Source: Patescibacteria group bacterium
GTDB lineage: Bacteria; Patescibacteriota; Patescibacteriia; JAXHNJ01
Assembly (NCBI GenBank): GCA_034520665.1
Contig: JAXHNJ010000002.1
Span: forward strand, 62,230 to 126,229
Length of the DNA stretch: 64,000 nt
Direction: 5' to 3'
Part shown: piece after piece, positions 47,380 through 61,281 of the stretch
How positions within the stretch are numbered: position 1 is the first letter of the stretch
Layout: each line of letters begins with the position of its first letter
Translations under genes and position numbers: made by a program
The notes under the pieces: generated by a model
Databases searched by the model: none
What the model was told of the DNA's origin: nothing
Seen by the model: only the letters and a program-made list of their open reading frames with translations

Positions 47380-47799
47380 TTATTTTCCTGAGCTGCCGAA
47401 TCCGCCCTTTCCTCTTTGGCTGTCAGACAGCTTATTGGTTTCTTCTATTTTAACCTTTTCTACTTTTTGAATCAAGGCCTGGGCAATTTTTTGACCCTTA
47501 TTAATTTTAAAATCTTTGTCTGATAAATTCTGTAAAACTATTTTCCATTCCCCACGATAACCAGCGTCAATAACCCCGCCTAAAGTTTTAATTCCTTGAG
47601 ATCCAAATGAGCTTTTGTCCCAGATTAGAGCCACATATCCTTGAGGAATTTCTGTGGCAAAACCCAACTTAAATTGATGACACTGTCCTGACTTTAATAT
47701 AATTTCTTGGGAAGAATATAGATCCAAAGCCGCATCGTGCTCATAAGCATAACTGGGTGGTATTATATTTTCTTTTAATTTTTTAATTTTAAGTTTCAA
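47380..47799 (-). CDS. dut: dUTP diphosphatase
   Basis: 139 aa. dUTPase motifs (ALDL, GVIDAGYRGE, C-terminal RGKGGFGSSG). Overlaps the upstream kinase gene by 11 nt. Confidence 0.8.
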   Translation of the reverse strand: MKLKIKKLKENIIPPSYAYEHDAALDLYSSQEIILKSGQCHQFKLGFATEIPQGYVALIWDKSSFGSQGIKTLGGVIDAGYRGEWKIVLQNLSDKDFKINKGQKIAQALIQKVEKVKIEETNKLSDSQRGKGGFGSSGK

Positions 47800-48355
47800 A
47801 ATTTTCTTTTTTTAATACTTTATCTATTCCCTGATAAAGATTGTCCAAAGAACCCGAATTATCAATATCATAATCAGACATCTGGATAACTTTATTTAGT
47901 TGTTGTTTGGCTGGATCATTGCCCAAGCTTTCTCTTTCTTCCTGTTCTTTAAATTTTTCTAAACTTACCCCACTATCATCTTCTCTTTTTCTTTTTTTTA
48001 TTCTCTGAAAACGTATCTGAACAGGAACTTCAACGTTTATTAAAATAAATTTCGGTAGTTTTTTTAAACTTTTAACTTCACCTGAATTTCTTATACTGCT
48101 AATAATAACTTTATCTAGGTTTTTATTTCTTATTTTCCGAATAGTTTTATCGGCTAAAACCGAAGGACCGTTTTTTTTTCTTAATTCATTGCCAATTTTT
48201 ATCAGATTATCACGTTTTTTTTCCAAGCCTCTCTTTTCACACTCTTCTCTGATAATATCAGACAAAGAATAATAAAAAAATCCTTTTTCTTTTAAATAAT
48301 CAGCGGCTGTATCCTTACCTGAACCTGATTTACCAGTTAAACCAATAGCTATCAT
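47789..48355 (-). CDS. P-loop nucleotide kinase (dNMP-kinase / dephospho-CoA-kinase-like)
   Basis: 188 aa. Walker A IGLTGKSGSGKDT. Embedded in the dCMP deaminase-dut-thyX-tmk block, which suggests a deoxynucleotide kinase role. Confidence 0.45.
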   Translation of the reverse strand: MIAIGLTGKSGSGKDTAADYLKEKGFFYYSLSDIIREECEKRGLEKKRDNLIKIGNELRKKNGPSVLADKTIRKIRNKNLDKVIISSIRNSGEVKSLKKLPKFILINVEVPVQIRFQRIKKRKREDDSGVSLEKFKEQEERESLGNDPAKQQLNKVIQMSDYDIDNSGSLDNLYQGIDKVLKKENFET

Positions 48356-48834
48356 TATTTTTTATATAATTTTGATTTATATTGACGATATTTGACCCCA
48401 GCTGAATCAAAAATACGCCGAGCTGCTATCCAGATATCATCATCATGATATTTATCACTCTCATAGATTATTTCTTTAATACCTGTTTGAACTATAGTCT
48501 TAGCACACTCATTACAAGGGAAAAGAGTACAATAAATCTTGGCTCCTTTAACAGCAGCGTTAGCATTATAAATAGCATTTTCCTCTGCGTGGCAAACATA
48601 AGCGTATTTTGTTTGAGAAAGCTTGCCTTTCCTTCCCCAAGGAAAAGTATCATTATCAACACCCCGTGGAAATCCATTATAGCCCAACCCAACAATAACA
48701 TTATCTTTATTAACTATAACTGCCCCTGCTTGAGTCGAAGGATCTTTTGATCGCTGGGATATAACATGGGCGATTTGCATTAAACACTCATCCCAAGAAA
48801 GAAAATTTTTTCGATATTCTACTTTTTCAGTCAT
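48355..48834 (-). CDS. dCMP deaminase (zinc-dependent CMP/dCMP deaminase family)
   Basis: 159 aa. HAEENAI and CTLFPCNECAK zinc-binding motifs. Confidence 0.75.
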   Translation of the reverse strand: MTEKVEYRKNFLSWDECLMQIAHVISQRSKDPSTQAGAVIVNKDNVIVGLGYNGFPRGVDNDTFPWGRKGKLSQTKYAYVCHAEENAIYNANAAVKGAKIYCTLFPCNECAKTIVQTGIKEIIYESDKYHDDDIWIAARRIFDSAGVKYRQYKSKLYKK

Positions 48835-48846
48835 ATTATTTTATTA

Positions 48847-49581
48847 TTAAACCTTAATTCTAACCGAAGGACCCATGGAACTGGTTAAATATATATTCTG
48901 AAAATAATTTTCCTTAACTTCTTTGGGTTTGGCCTTTTTGATCTCTTCCAAAAAGGTTTCAAAATTTTCTTTTAATTTTTTATCATCAAAAGAAATTCGT
49001 CCAATAATCTGATGAACGTTGCCGCTGTCATCGGACTTAAAAGTAATTTTTCCTTGATTGAGCTCTTTAACTACTTTAGCCGGCTCCGGATTAATGGTTT
49101 CGTTTTTAGGGTTGGGCATAAGACCTTTTTGGCCTAATACTTTAGCAATGGGAGCAATTTTTTTCATCATCTCTGGTGAAGCAATAGCTACGTCAAAATT
49201 GGCTTTTTTAGTTTGCCCTATTTCTTTTATTAATTCTTCTCCCCCGACTAGACTAGCCCCGGCTTTTTTGGCTTCTTTTTGTTTTTCTGGAGTAGTCAAT
49301 ACAGCAATTTTCAATTTTTTGCCGGTACCATGAGGTAATTTAGCCGTACCACGCACACTCTGATTCTTTTTAGGATCAATATTAAGATTAAAATGTGTTT
49401 CCACGGCCGCGTCAAAATTAGCCTGAGCCGTTTTTTTGACTAATTCAAGACCCTCTTCAAGCGTATATTCTTTACCTTTTTCCACTAAACTTGAAGATTC
49501 TTGATATTTTTTGCTTCTTTTTTTCATGTTAAATTCCTTTTTGTGGTTCAAGCCCCCTGGTCTTATGAATCGGGGTCCCAC
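48847..49581 (-). CDS. rplA: 50S ribosomal protein L1
   Basis: 244 aa. Conserved VRGTAKLPHGTGKKLKIAV block. Confidence 0.85.
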   Translation of the reverse strand: MGPRFIRPGGLNHKKEFNMKKRSKKYQESSSLVEKGKEYTLEEGLELVKKTAQANFDAAVETHFNLNIDPKKNQSVRGTAKLPHGTGKKLKIAVLTTPEKQKEAKKAGASLVGGEELIKEIGQTKKANFDVAIASPEMMKKIAPIAKVLGQKGLMPNPKNETINPEPAKVVKELNQGKITFKSDDSGNVHQIIGRISFDDKKLKENFETFLEEIKKAKPKEVKENYFQNIYLTSSMGPSVRIKV

Positions 49582-49616
49582 TTTAGTTAATAAAATATTC
49601 CTATACTTATCTTTTA

Positions 49617-49925
49617 TTACACTTTCTCAATTATTTTTGAAAAATTTTTATCTAGTTCCTTCTCTTCCTTTTTCATCATTTCAAGCCAAGATTTTTTATC
49701 ATTCTTTTTTAAAATATTATTCTTTTCAAGAGCTATTTTTGCAATAAAATTAATATTTTCTTTACTTTTTAAAGTAATCCCTAATAATTTAGTTAAATTA
49801 TTATATGATAAATTTTTTATTTTTTTTACCATAAACAATCTTTCCGGTTTATTAACTATTAATACTTCAAATAAATTTTCGAGTCTTTTAATTAATCTTA
49901 TTTCTTTATATTTATCTTGGTTCAT
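49617..49925 (-). CDS. Hypothetical protein inserted between rplK and rplA
   Basis: 102 aa. Lys/Glu-rich. No motif. Confidence 0.3.
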   Translation of the reverse strand: MNQDKYKEIRLIKRLENLFEVLIVNKPERLFMVKKIKNLSYNNLTKLLGITLKSKENINFIAKIALEKNNILKKNDKKSWLEMMKKEEKELDKNFSKIIEKV

Positions 49926-49934
49926 AAATTTTTT

Positions 49935-50906
49935 TTATTCAATAATTTTTCCGGGCTGGATTTTCAATTCGACTTGATAAGAATTGAAATCTCCTTTTTC
50001 TATTTCTTCAACACCAATTACTTCGTAACTTTCAATTACTTGATCAAAAGAACATTCTACGTATCCAAAATATTCTTGTGTAAATATTTTTCTCTCTTCA
50101 GAAGTAGACTTTTCTCTAACAACTCTTACTAAAGTTTCAATTGTTTCACCAGCATTTTTTAAAGCATCCTGAGTTGCTTCTTGAGCAGTGGGGCCAACTC
50201 CTTTTGCTTGAAAGGATTTTCCAGTCGGTTCAACTTCAGATTCTAAATTTCCTAATTCAAAATAAGTATGAAAATTATCAATAAATTTTTCTTCTTTTTT
50301 GCTACCGATTATTTCTTCAACTTGGATTATAGAAATGCCGCGTAAGGCAATATTATCACCTTTTGTCGATACTTCCCCATTACTATTTTCGGATGATTGA
50401 TTATTAAATTCTGACGATTCTTTACTAAAAAAGCTTTCCCTTCCAAAATCTGAATTCTTAAAAATTTCTATGCGCTTTTTAATCCAGTCATCGTCTATAC
50501 TGACCTCAATATCTTCACCCAATAAATCTCTCTGAATACCTTTTATTGCTAATTCTTCAGAGTCCTCCTTTTTCTCTTTTTGGCTTTTTTCTCTTTCTTG
50601 GGCAAAAGCTTTTTTAGGAGCAATCCCATCAGACAAAGCAGTGGTTAAGCTTAAAGTTAACAAAAAAGTGGCTAATTCGCGCTTTATTCCTTTCGGCAAT
50701 TTTTTTAATAGGCCTTTGTGTGAAGCCTCAAATTTTTCTACCTTTTCATTAATTTTTTCACTTTCAATTTTCCTTGCTTCAACAAAATTAAAATCTTTCT
50801 GATCAGTTTCTGATTCAAAATCACCTTCTTTTAAGCCAATACTGCCTTCCCCTTCCTCCTCAAATTGGGAGTCTTCTGCCTTTTTTGGATTATATTTCTC
50901 TCTCAT
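49935..50906 (-). CDS. Hypothetical acidic protein inserted between rplK and rplA
   Basis: 323 aa. Glu/Ser-rich with a central hydrophobic helix (LATFLLTLSLTTAL). No recognisable catalytic motif. Confidence 0.35.
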   Translation of the reverse strand: MREKYNPKKAEDSQFEEEGEGSIGLKEGDFESETDQKDFNFVEARKIESEKINEKVEKFEASHKGLLKKLPKGIKRELATFLLTLSLTTALSDGIAPKKAFAQEREKSQKEKKEDSEELAIKGIQRDLLGEDIEVSIDDDWIKKRIEIFKNSDFGRESFFSKESSEFNNQSSENSNGEVSTKGDNIALRGISIIQVEEIIGSKKEEKFIDNFHTYFELGNLESEVEPTGKSFQAKGVGPTAQEATQDALKNAGETIETLVRVVREKSTSEERKIFTQEYFGYVECSFDQVIESYEVIGVEEIEKGDFNSYQVELKIQPGKIIE

Positions 50907-50916
50907 TCTAATTATA

Positions 50917-51339
50917 CTAATTGATTTTAATACCCATATTACGAGCCGTACCCTTGATAATCTTCTTAGCTCCCTCCAAATCTTTGGCGTTTAAATCAGG
51001 CATTTTTATTTTAGCAATTTCTTCAATATCCTTTTCAGAAACTTTTCCGGCTTTTTCTTTTAACTGATCCCCTGAGCCTTTGTCCACTCCGGCTGCTTTT
51101 TTTAAGAGAGCGGCCGCTGGTGGGGTTTTTAAAATAAAATCAAAACTCCTGTCTTCATAAACAGTCAGTTCCACCGGAATAATATCACCGGCTTTATCTT
51201 TGGTTTTATTGTTAAACTGGGTGCAAAATTCTTGAATATTTACTCCGTGCTGTCCCAAGGCCGGACCGATAGGAGGGGCCGGATTAGCCTTACCAGCTGG
51301 TATTTGTAGTTTAATTATTGTTTTAATTTTCTTAGCCAT
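50917..51339 (-). CDS. rplK: 50S ribosomal protein L11
   Basis: 140 aa. [22 protein letters not shown] signature. Confidence 0.9.
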   Translation of the reverse strand: MAKKIKTIIKLQIPAGKANPAPPIGPALGQHGVNIQEFCTQFNNKTKDKAGDIIPVELTVYEDRSFDFILKTPPAAALLKKAAGVDKGSGDQLKEKAGKVSEKDIEEIAKIKMPDLNAKDLEGAKKIIKGTARNMGIKIN

Positions 51340-51665
51340 TTTATTAGTTATATAGTAAGTTAGTTGATTAGTGACTTAGTTTTTGTTTATTTCTTAAATA
51401 TCTTATATATCCGTTAATACCTTTTATTAATTCTGTATATTTATTAATAAATTTTTCTCCAATTTCTTGTGTTATATATTTATTTTCTATAAAACCTTTA
51501 AATTGACTTTTTACCTCTTCCGCTTCCCCTCTTGAAATATATAAAGAATAAATTTTGTTTCCATAATTATATTTTCTATACTGGTAGTATTAAGAATATT
51601 CCTTTCTCAAGCCACCAAATATTATATTTACAATTAACTAATTGACTATCTAACTAATTAACTAA

Positions 51666-52211
51666 CTAAATTTTTTTAACTTGTAAAAAGTCTAGCTCTA
51701 CCGGCGTTTCCCGGCCAAACATAGAAACTAAAACTTTAATTTTACCTCGTGCTTCATCAATTTCGGAAACCTTGCCTTCAAATTCCTTAAAGGGGCCGTC
51801 AATAATTTTAACCGGCGTACCGACACTGACGTCAATTTTATATTTAGGTTCTTCCACACCCATGCGTTTCTGTAAGTTTTTAACTTCTTTTTCAGAAATA
51901 GGGGTCGGCGTGGTACCCGAACCAACAAAACCGGTAACATTAGGAGTATTTCGGACCACATACCAGGAATCATCCGTGACAATCATTTCTACTAAAACAT
52001 AACCGGGAAATATTTTTTCGGTTACAGTTTTTCTTTTACCGTTTTTTATTTTAATCTTTTTTTCTGTTGGTATGAGAACATTAAAAATTTTATCCTCCAT
52101 ATCCATAGACTCAATTCTTTGTTTAAGATTTCGAGATACATTTTCTTCATAGCCAGAATAAGTATGTAAAACATACCATCTTCTTCCCTGTTGTAGTGTT
52201 TGTTTAGGCAT
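51666..52211 (-). CDS. nusG: Transcription termination/antitermination factor NusG
   Basis: 181 aa. NGN domain (WYVLHTYSGYE...FPGYVLVEM) and C-terminal KOW (GTPVKIIDGPFKEFEGKV). Confidence 0.85.
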   Translation of the reverse strand: MPKQTLQQGRRWYVLHTYSGYEENVSRNLKQRIESMDMEDKIFNVLIPTEKKIKIKNGKRKTVTEKIFPGYVLVEMIVTDDSWYVVRNTPNVTGFVGSGTTPTPISEKEVKNLQKRMGVEEPKYKIDVSVGTPVKIIDGPFKEFEGKVSEIDEARGKIKVLVSMFGRETPVELDFLQVKKI

Positions 52212-52216
52212 AAATT

Positions 52217-52408
52217 TTAAGTAATACTAATAATTTGCTGTACTCCTATATTGAGTAGATAATCAACCAAACCCAAAAAAGCACCCACAACCAAGCAAAC
52301 TCCTAAAACTATCAGAGTTTGGTGAATTGTCTCTTTTCTGGTTGGCCAAGAGACTTTTTTTAGCTCTTCTTTTGCTTCTTTAAAGTAATTTATGAGTTTA
52401 TTAGCCAT
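52217..52408 (-). CDS. secE: Preprotein translocase subunit SecE
   Basis: 63 aa. ELKKVSWPTRKE followed by a single TM helix. Directly upstream of nusG. Confidence 0.8.
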   Translation of the reverse strand: MANKLINYFKEAKEELKKVSWPTRKETIHQTLIVLGVCLVVGAFLGLVDYLLNIGVQQIISIT

Positions 52409-52503
52409 TTTCTTGGTTTTTAAAACCCCGATTGGCGGGGCTGTTGATATCTAAAATTATCATAGCAAATCTAGAAAAATAAAGCAAATATGTTAGATAA
52501 ATA

Positions 52504-53901
52504 TTATCTCTCTTCTAATTGATCTATTTTTCGATTAATTTCTTCCAAAACACCCCGATAACCTATCTTTTTTTCACTCTCATCAGATTTTTCTGATAAG
52601 ATATTTTCTATCTTATTTTTCAAATCATTAAGATGCTCAACATCCTCAGATTGCAATATATCATTGTCAGATGATATTAGGCCTTCACTAATTAATTCTT
52701 TTATAGCTAGGTTGAACTCTACTAAACTGGCTGCTCTATAAGTTACATCAACATTTTCTAATAGATCTGAGTAATCATTAATTCCTTCTTTTACTAAACC
52801 TGGAAAATTCTCTTTTAAACCTTCTAATTTTTTATTTATGGAATTTTTTAAATAATTCGCTTCTGGTGTATCTCCTTGTCCTTGTTTTTCTAACATTTTT
52901 AGGGTTTTTACATGAGATTCTACGTACCAGGCTGTAACTTTCATAGTTCTCTTGAATGCATATTCTTTTTCAGCATTAGATAATTCAGGATATCTTCTAT
53001 CTAAATATTTCTTCTTTACTGAATCCATTAAGTTCTCTTTTAAAAAATAATAGGAGGGTAACATTCTTCCACTAAATTTTATTCCCATAAATTCATTCTT
53101 ATTATAAGCAAAGCTTGCGTTAATTGTTTTAGGATCATCTGAATCTGTCATATCTCTAAATTCAAGATTTTTTCTTGAAATTGCTTCTTCTTCAAAAAGG
53201 TTTAAAACATCTTTAATATCTTTCTCGCCTTCTACAAAATATACTAATGTTTCAGCAGCTTTTTTATAATTACTAGATTGACCCTTTTCAATTTGTTTTT
53301 CATTAAACCATTTAATAAAACATTCCGCGTATCTGCCACTTAAGTCAAATTTATTTTTTATACTACCGAAGATACTATTTAAATAGTCATTTGCGCCTTC
53401 TTCTTCTAAATTTTTAGCCTCCTTAATCTGATCAATTATCTCACCTCTGAATGATGAAATTCTTTTTTCATTTTCATTAAAAGTCTGCTCAGTTTTTTGA
53501 CCTTCCGGCGTGGCTGTTTTGGCTTTGTTAAGAAAACCTTCAAAACTAGTGCCAGCCGCCAATATTCCCACTCCAAGAACTAAAGTTCTTAAAGCTTTGC
53601 CGACTTTTCCTTTTCTTAATTCTTTTAAAATATTAGGGTTACCTTCAGCTAATTTATCAGTCACTTTATTGGCTACTTCTTCTTCACTCATACCCTCTTC
53701 TTCCTTAATTCCCAGTTCTTCAATTAAAGTTTGGCGGGAAGCTGCTATCTCATCAATAGTCAACTCTTGATTCTCTTCTGTTGATTCGATATCTTCTTTT
53801 TTTAAATCATTTTCTTCCTCTGTATTTTCATTTTTTTTCTTTTCTTTTTCTTTTTTTACAATTTTCTCCAAATCTGGACCATTTTCTATTGAATTTCCCA
53901 T
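52504..53901 (-). CDS. Hypothetical acidic coiled-coil protein with one hydrophobic segment
   Basis: 465 aa. Glu/Lys-rich. Central TM-like LRTLVLGVGILAAGTSF. Confidence 0.3.
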   Translation of the reverse strand: MGNSIENGPDLEKIVKKEKEKKKNENTEEENDLKKEDIESTEENQELTIDEIAASRQTLIEELGIKEEEGMSEEEVANKVTDKLAEGNPNILKELRKGKVGKALRTLVLGVGILAAGTSFEGFLNKAKTATPEGQKTEQTFNENEKRISSFRGEIIDQIKEAKNLEEEGANDYLNSIFGSIKNKFDLSGRYAECFIKWFNEKQIEKGQSSNYKKAAETLVYFVEGEKDIKDVLNLFEEEAISRKNLEFRDMTDSDDPKTINASFAYNKNEFMGIKFSGRMLPSYYFLKENLMDSVKKKYLDRRYPELSNAEKEYAFKRTMKVTAWYVESHVKTLKMLEKQGQGDTPEANYLKNSINKKLEGLKENFPGLVKEGINDYSDLLENVDVTYRAASLVEFNLAIKELISEGLISSDNDILQSEDVEHLNDLKNKIENILSEKSDESEKKIGYRGVLEEINRKIDQLEER

Positions 53902-54016
53902 AAATTTATTTTTTTAATAACTATTATATATTCTATTTAAATTTTAACATAAAAATGGAAATATGTCAATTCTATAAAAATTTATCTGTCTAGTTTTTGA
54001 TTTCATCAAATAATAG

Positions 54017-54571
54017 TTAAAAAGCCTTTCTTCTTAAACCAATAAACTTACCAATAATATTAATACCTATATGAAAAATAAAACCTAAAGCCACCAAACT
54101 GACAAAAACATCAGCCGGCGGTATAAAAAAAGGAAAACTAAAAATCATACCTCCTAAAGTATAGTCAATCTGATCAAAAGGTATCCAAGAATGACCAGAC
54201 TTAATATTTAAGCGCCGCTTAAAAAAACTCTTGACTAAATCACCTATTATAGCACCTAAAGCCATAATTGTTCCCATCCAAATACTTTTTTCCGAATAAT
54301 TAATTATAGAAATACTGCGAAAAAAATCCGAATTTACAAAGGCATGTTTTTGAATAATAAATATTAAAGCTCCTCCTATTAAAGCTGCTAAAATACCGCG
54401 CCAGGTTTTATGGGCGCCAAAAAGTCTCTGATTTTTGATTTTAGCGCTAAAATCAACGGGCTTGGCTAAAAAACCAAACCAGCGGTTAAAAATAACCGGC
54501 ATCATATTAGCCAGGCCCAAAGGCAGTGAATACCAAGTTATCTTTAATATATATATTATTATTGCCTCCAT
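54017..54571 (-). CDS. CDP-archaeol synthase-like (CarS/DUF46) membrane cytidylyltransferase
   Basis: 184 aa, about 5 TM helices. GAHKTWRG...IIGDLVKSFFKRRL...PFDQIDY matches the CarS/DUF46 conserved blocks (HKTWEG, GD..SF.KRR, PFDQ.D). Confidence 0.5.
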   Translation of the reverse strand: MEAIIIYILKITWYSLPLGLANMMPVIFNRWFGFLAKPVDFSAKIKNQRLFGAHKTWRGILAALIGGALIFIIQKHAFVNSDFFRSISIINYSEKSIWMGTIMALGAIIGDLVKSFFKRRLNIKSGHSWIPFDQIDYTLGGMIFSFPFFIPPADVFVSLVALGFIFHIGINIIGKFIGLRRKAF

Positions 54572-54576
54572 TTATT

Positions 54577-55023
54577 TTAAGAAAAATATGAATAAGTGTA
54601 GACAAAAATTAAATATAAATAAAAAATTAATCGCAAGGGTAAAATAAGATTTTTTTTAAAAAAACCACTGACAATATTTAAAATTACATTAACCAAAAAG
54701 AGATAAAACCAAGCTCCACCAAAAAAAATAAAAATTATACCCTCAGAAAAACGATCAGTTATAGTATCTATTAACCAACCTTTATAGCTAGCACGATTAT
54801 ATTTTCGAGCCACTACTCCATCTAGCCAATCAAATATGATGACAAAAAATAGAATTACTATAGCTAGAATTTTATGATCAGCCCATGAAAAAATAAAGGC
54901 TATACTCAAAGGTATAGCCAATATTGTTATATAACTGGGATTTATATTTGGCCAAGGTAATTTTAAAATCCAGAAATCAATTATTTCACGTAATTTTCTG
55001 ACCATTTTTAATTTTTCAGCCAT
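54577..55023 (-). CDS. CDP-alcohol phosphatidyltransferase family protein
   Basis: 148 aa. Signature DWLDGVVARKYNRASYKGWLIDTITD (D-x2-DG-x2-AR...G-x3-D-x3-D). Separated from the CarS-like gene by a 5-nt gap. Confidence 0.65.
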   Translation of the reverse strand: MAEKLKMVRKLREIIDFWILKLPWPNINPSYITILAIPLSIAFIFSWADHKILAIVILFFVIIFDWLDGVVARKYNRASYKGWLIDTITDRFSEGIIFIFFGGAWFYLFLVNVILNIVSGFFKKNLILPLRLIFYLYLIFVYTYSYFS

Positions 55024-55037
55024 TTTTTAAACCTTTA

Positions 55038-59421
<4,384 letters not shown>

Positions 59422-59432
59422 AATTTAAAAAA

Positions 59433-60509
59433 TTAAAATTGCTTTAAAAATCTTAAATCCCCCTGATAAGATAACCTAATATCATCTATGCCGTAATAAA
59501 GCATCATAAAGCGGTCGATACCCATACCAAAAGCAAAGCCGGTGTATTTTTCAGGGTCAACATTCATATTTTTTAGCACTTTGGGGTGAACCAGGCCCGA
59601 GCCCATCATTTCCAACCAACCGGTCTGGCCACAAACCCGGCAACCTTCTCCTTCACACAAAAGACAGGACATATCAAAATCCATAGAAGGCTCAGTAAAA
59701 GGATAGTAATGGGGACGTACTCTAGTTTTTACTTTTTTGCCGAATAAGGTTTTTAAAAAAAGTTGCACCGTGCCAATTAAATCAGTTACTTTTACTTCCT
59801 GGTCAATAACTAAGCCTTCACACTGGTAAAAAGTAGTTTCATGGCTGGCATCAGTAGCTTCATGGCGAAAAACTCGTCCCGGCACAATCAAACGGACCGG
59901 CGGCTTCCTCTTTTGCATAGATCTAATCTGCATCGGCGAAGTATGGGTTCTCAAAAGTAAATCACTTATTGCCTCTTGTTTATTACTTTTTTTACTTCTG
60001 GCCAATTGACGCTTAGCTAAAATTGATTGGCCCGGCTCAACATAATAAGTATCCCACATATCTCTAGCTGGGTGGTTTTTGGGAATATTTAATAAATCAA
60101 AATTATATTTGGCTGATTCCACTTCTGATCCTTCAACTACTTCAAAGCCCATACGCTGAAAAATATCAATTACTTTCCTCATAAATTGAGTTAAAGGATG
60201 TAGATGACCGTGTTCAATTTTTTCTCCGGGAATAGTCAGGTCAATATCAACTTCTGGCGATTCTTCTTCATTCAGCTCTTTTTCTTTTTCTCTAATTGAC
60301 CTTTCAATTTTTTGCCGCACCTCATTGCCTAATTTACCTATTTTTGGCTTTTCTTTTTTAGGTAAGTCTTTGATACCTCTTAAAATTTGTGAAAGCTCTT
60401 TTTGCCGTCCCAGAAATTTATTTCTTATTTTTTCCAGATCTTCAAAACTAGAGATATTTTTTATCTCCTTTTTAGCCTTAGATAATATTTTTTTGAGTTT
60501 ATCTTCCAT
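59433..60509 (-). CDS. pheS: Phenylalanyl-tRNA synthetase alpha subunit
   Basis: 358 aa. Class II motifs (FRHEATDASHETTFYQCEG, GFAFGMGIDR). Confidence 0.85.
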   Translation of the reverse strand: MEDKLKKILSKAKKEIKNISSFEDLEKIRNKFLGRQKELSQILRGIKDLPKKEKPKIGKLGNEVRQKIERSIREKEKELNEEESPEVDIDLTIPGEKIEHGHLHPLTQFMRKVIDIFQRMGFEVVEGSEVESAKYNFDLLNIPKNHPARDMWDTYYVEPGQSILAKRQLARSKKSNKQEAISDLLLRTHTSPMQIRSMQKRKPPVRLIVPGRVFRHEATDASHETTFYQCEGLVIDQEVKVTDLIGTVQLFLKTLFGKKVKTRVRPHYYPFTEPSMDFDMSCLLCEGEGCRVCGQTGWLEMMGSGLVHPKVLKNMNVDPEKYTGFAFGMGIDRFMMLYYGIDDIRLSYQGDLRFLKQF

Positions 60510-60882
60510 AAGGTATGCGTTTTATTGAAAAGAAAAATTCCAAAATAATTAAAAATAAAAGAAAAAATAATAAATTCCACCAGCGCAGTAAATTTGAGGC
60601 CTGCAAAGCTAAAGAGCCAATTATTAAAACAGTAAACAAAATACTCTGACGAAAAGATATATTTAGATGCCGAAAAAGCGGCACTTTTTTGTTTATTAAA
60701 GCGCGAATTAAAAAACCAATAATAAAAAAAGTGCCAAGCAGTGACAAAAATAAACTGATATAAAACAATAAAAAAGCCAAAAATCCGCTCTCCGGTGAAA
60801 TATTAAAGATCACTGATAAAAAAGAAAGCCAGCAAATAACTGTGGAAATTCCCATGAAAAGTAGGTACTTTTTAAGCGACAT
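60499..60882 (-). CDS. Hypothetical small membrane protein
   Basis: 127 aa, 3-4 TM helices. Overlaps pheS start by 11 nt. Confidence 0.3.
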   Translation of the reverse strand: MSLKKYLLFMGISTVICWLSFLSVIFNISPESGFLAFLLFYISLFLSLLGTFFIIGFLIRALINKKVPLFRHLNISFRQSILFTVLIIGSLALQASNLLRWWNLLFFLLFLIILEFFFSIKRIPYGR

Positions 60883-61281
60883 AGCATTTACTTTGTATTA
60901 TCAAAAATTAGGCCTTTAACCTTAGCCTAATTTTAGCATTTTTTTGGGCTTTTAGCAAGAGAAAAATCAATGATTTTCTAAGCTAATATTAGCCTAGATT
61001 TAAACTCAAAATAAGTTATATCTTAAGAACTTTTCTATCTTTCATAAATACTATAAATTTTTGCTTTTCCACACATTTTTTTTAAAGAATAATCACTTTT
61101 TATATTCTAAATTTTCTTGATCTTCCCTGATTTTTCAATTTTTATTTTATTACCGGTTTTAATTATTCTTGTCCATAGCTAAAGAACCAAACAAAAGAGA
61201 AAATTCCCTTTTATCAACAAATACCCATTTTTTTTAAGCTCTTTTATTTTTGTCTTCACTAATATTAAAAAATCAAAAAAA

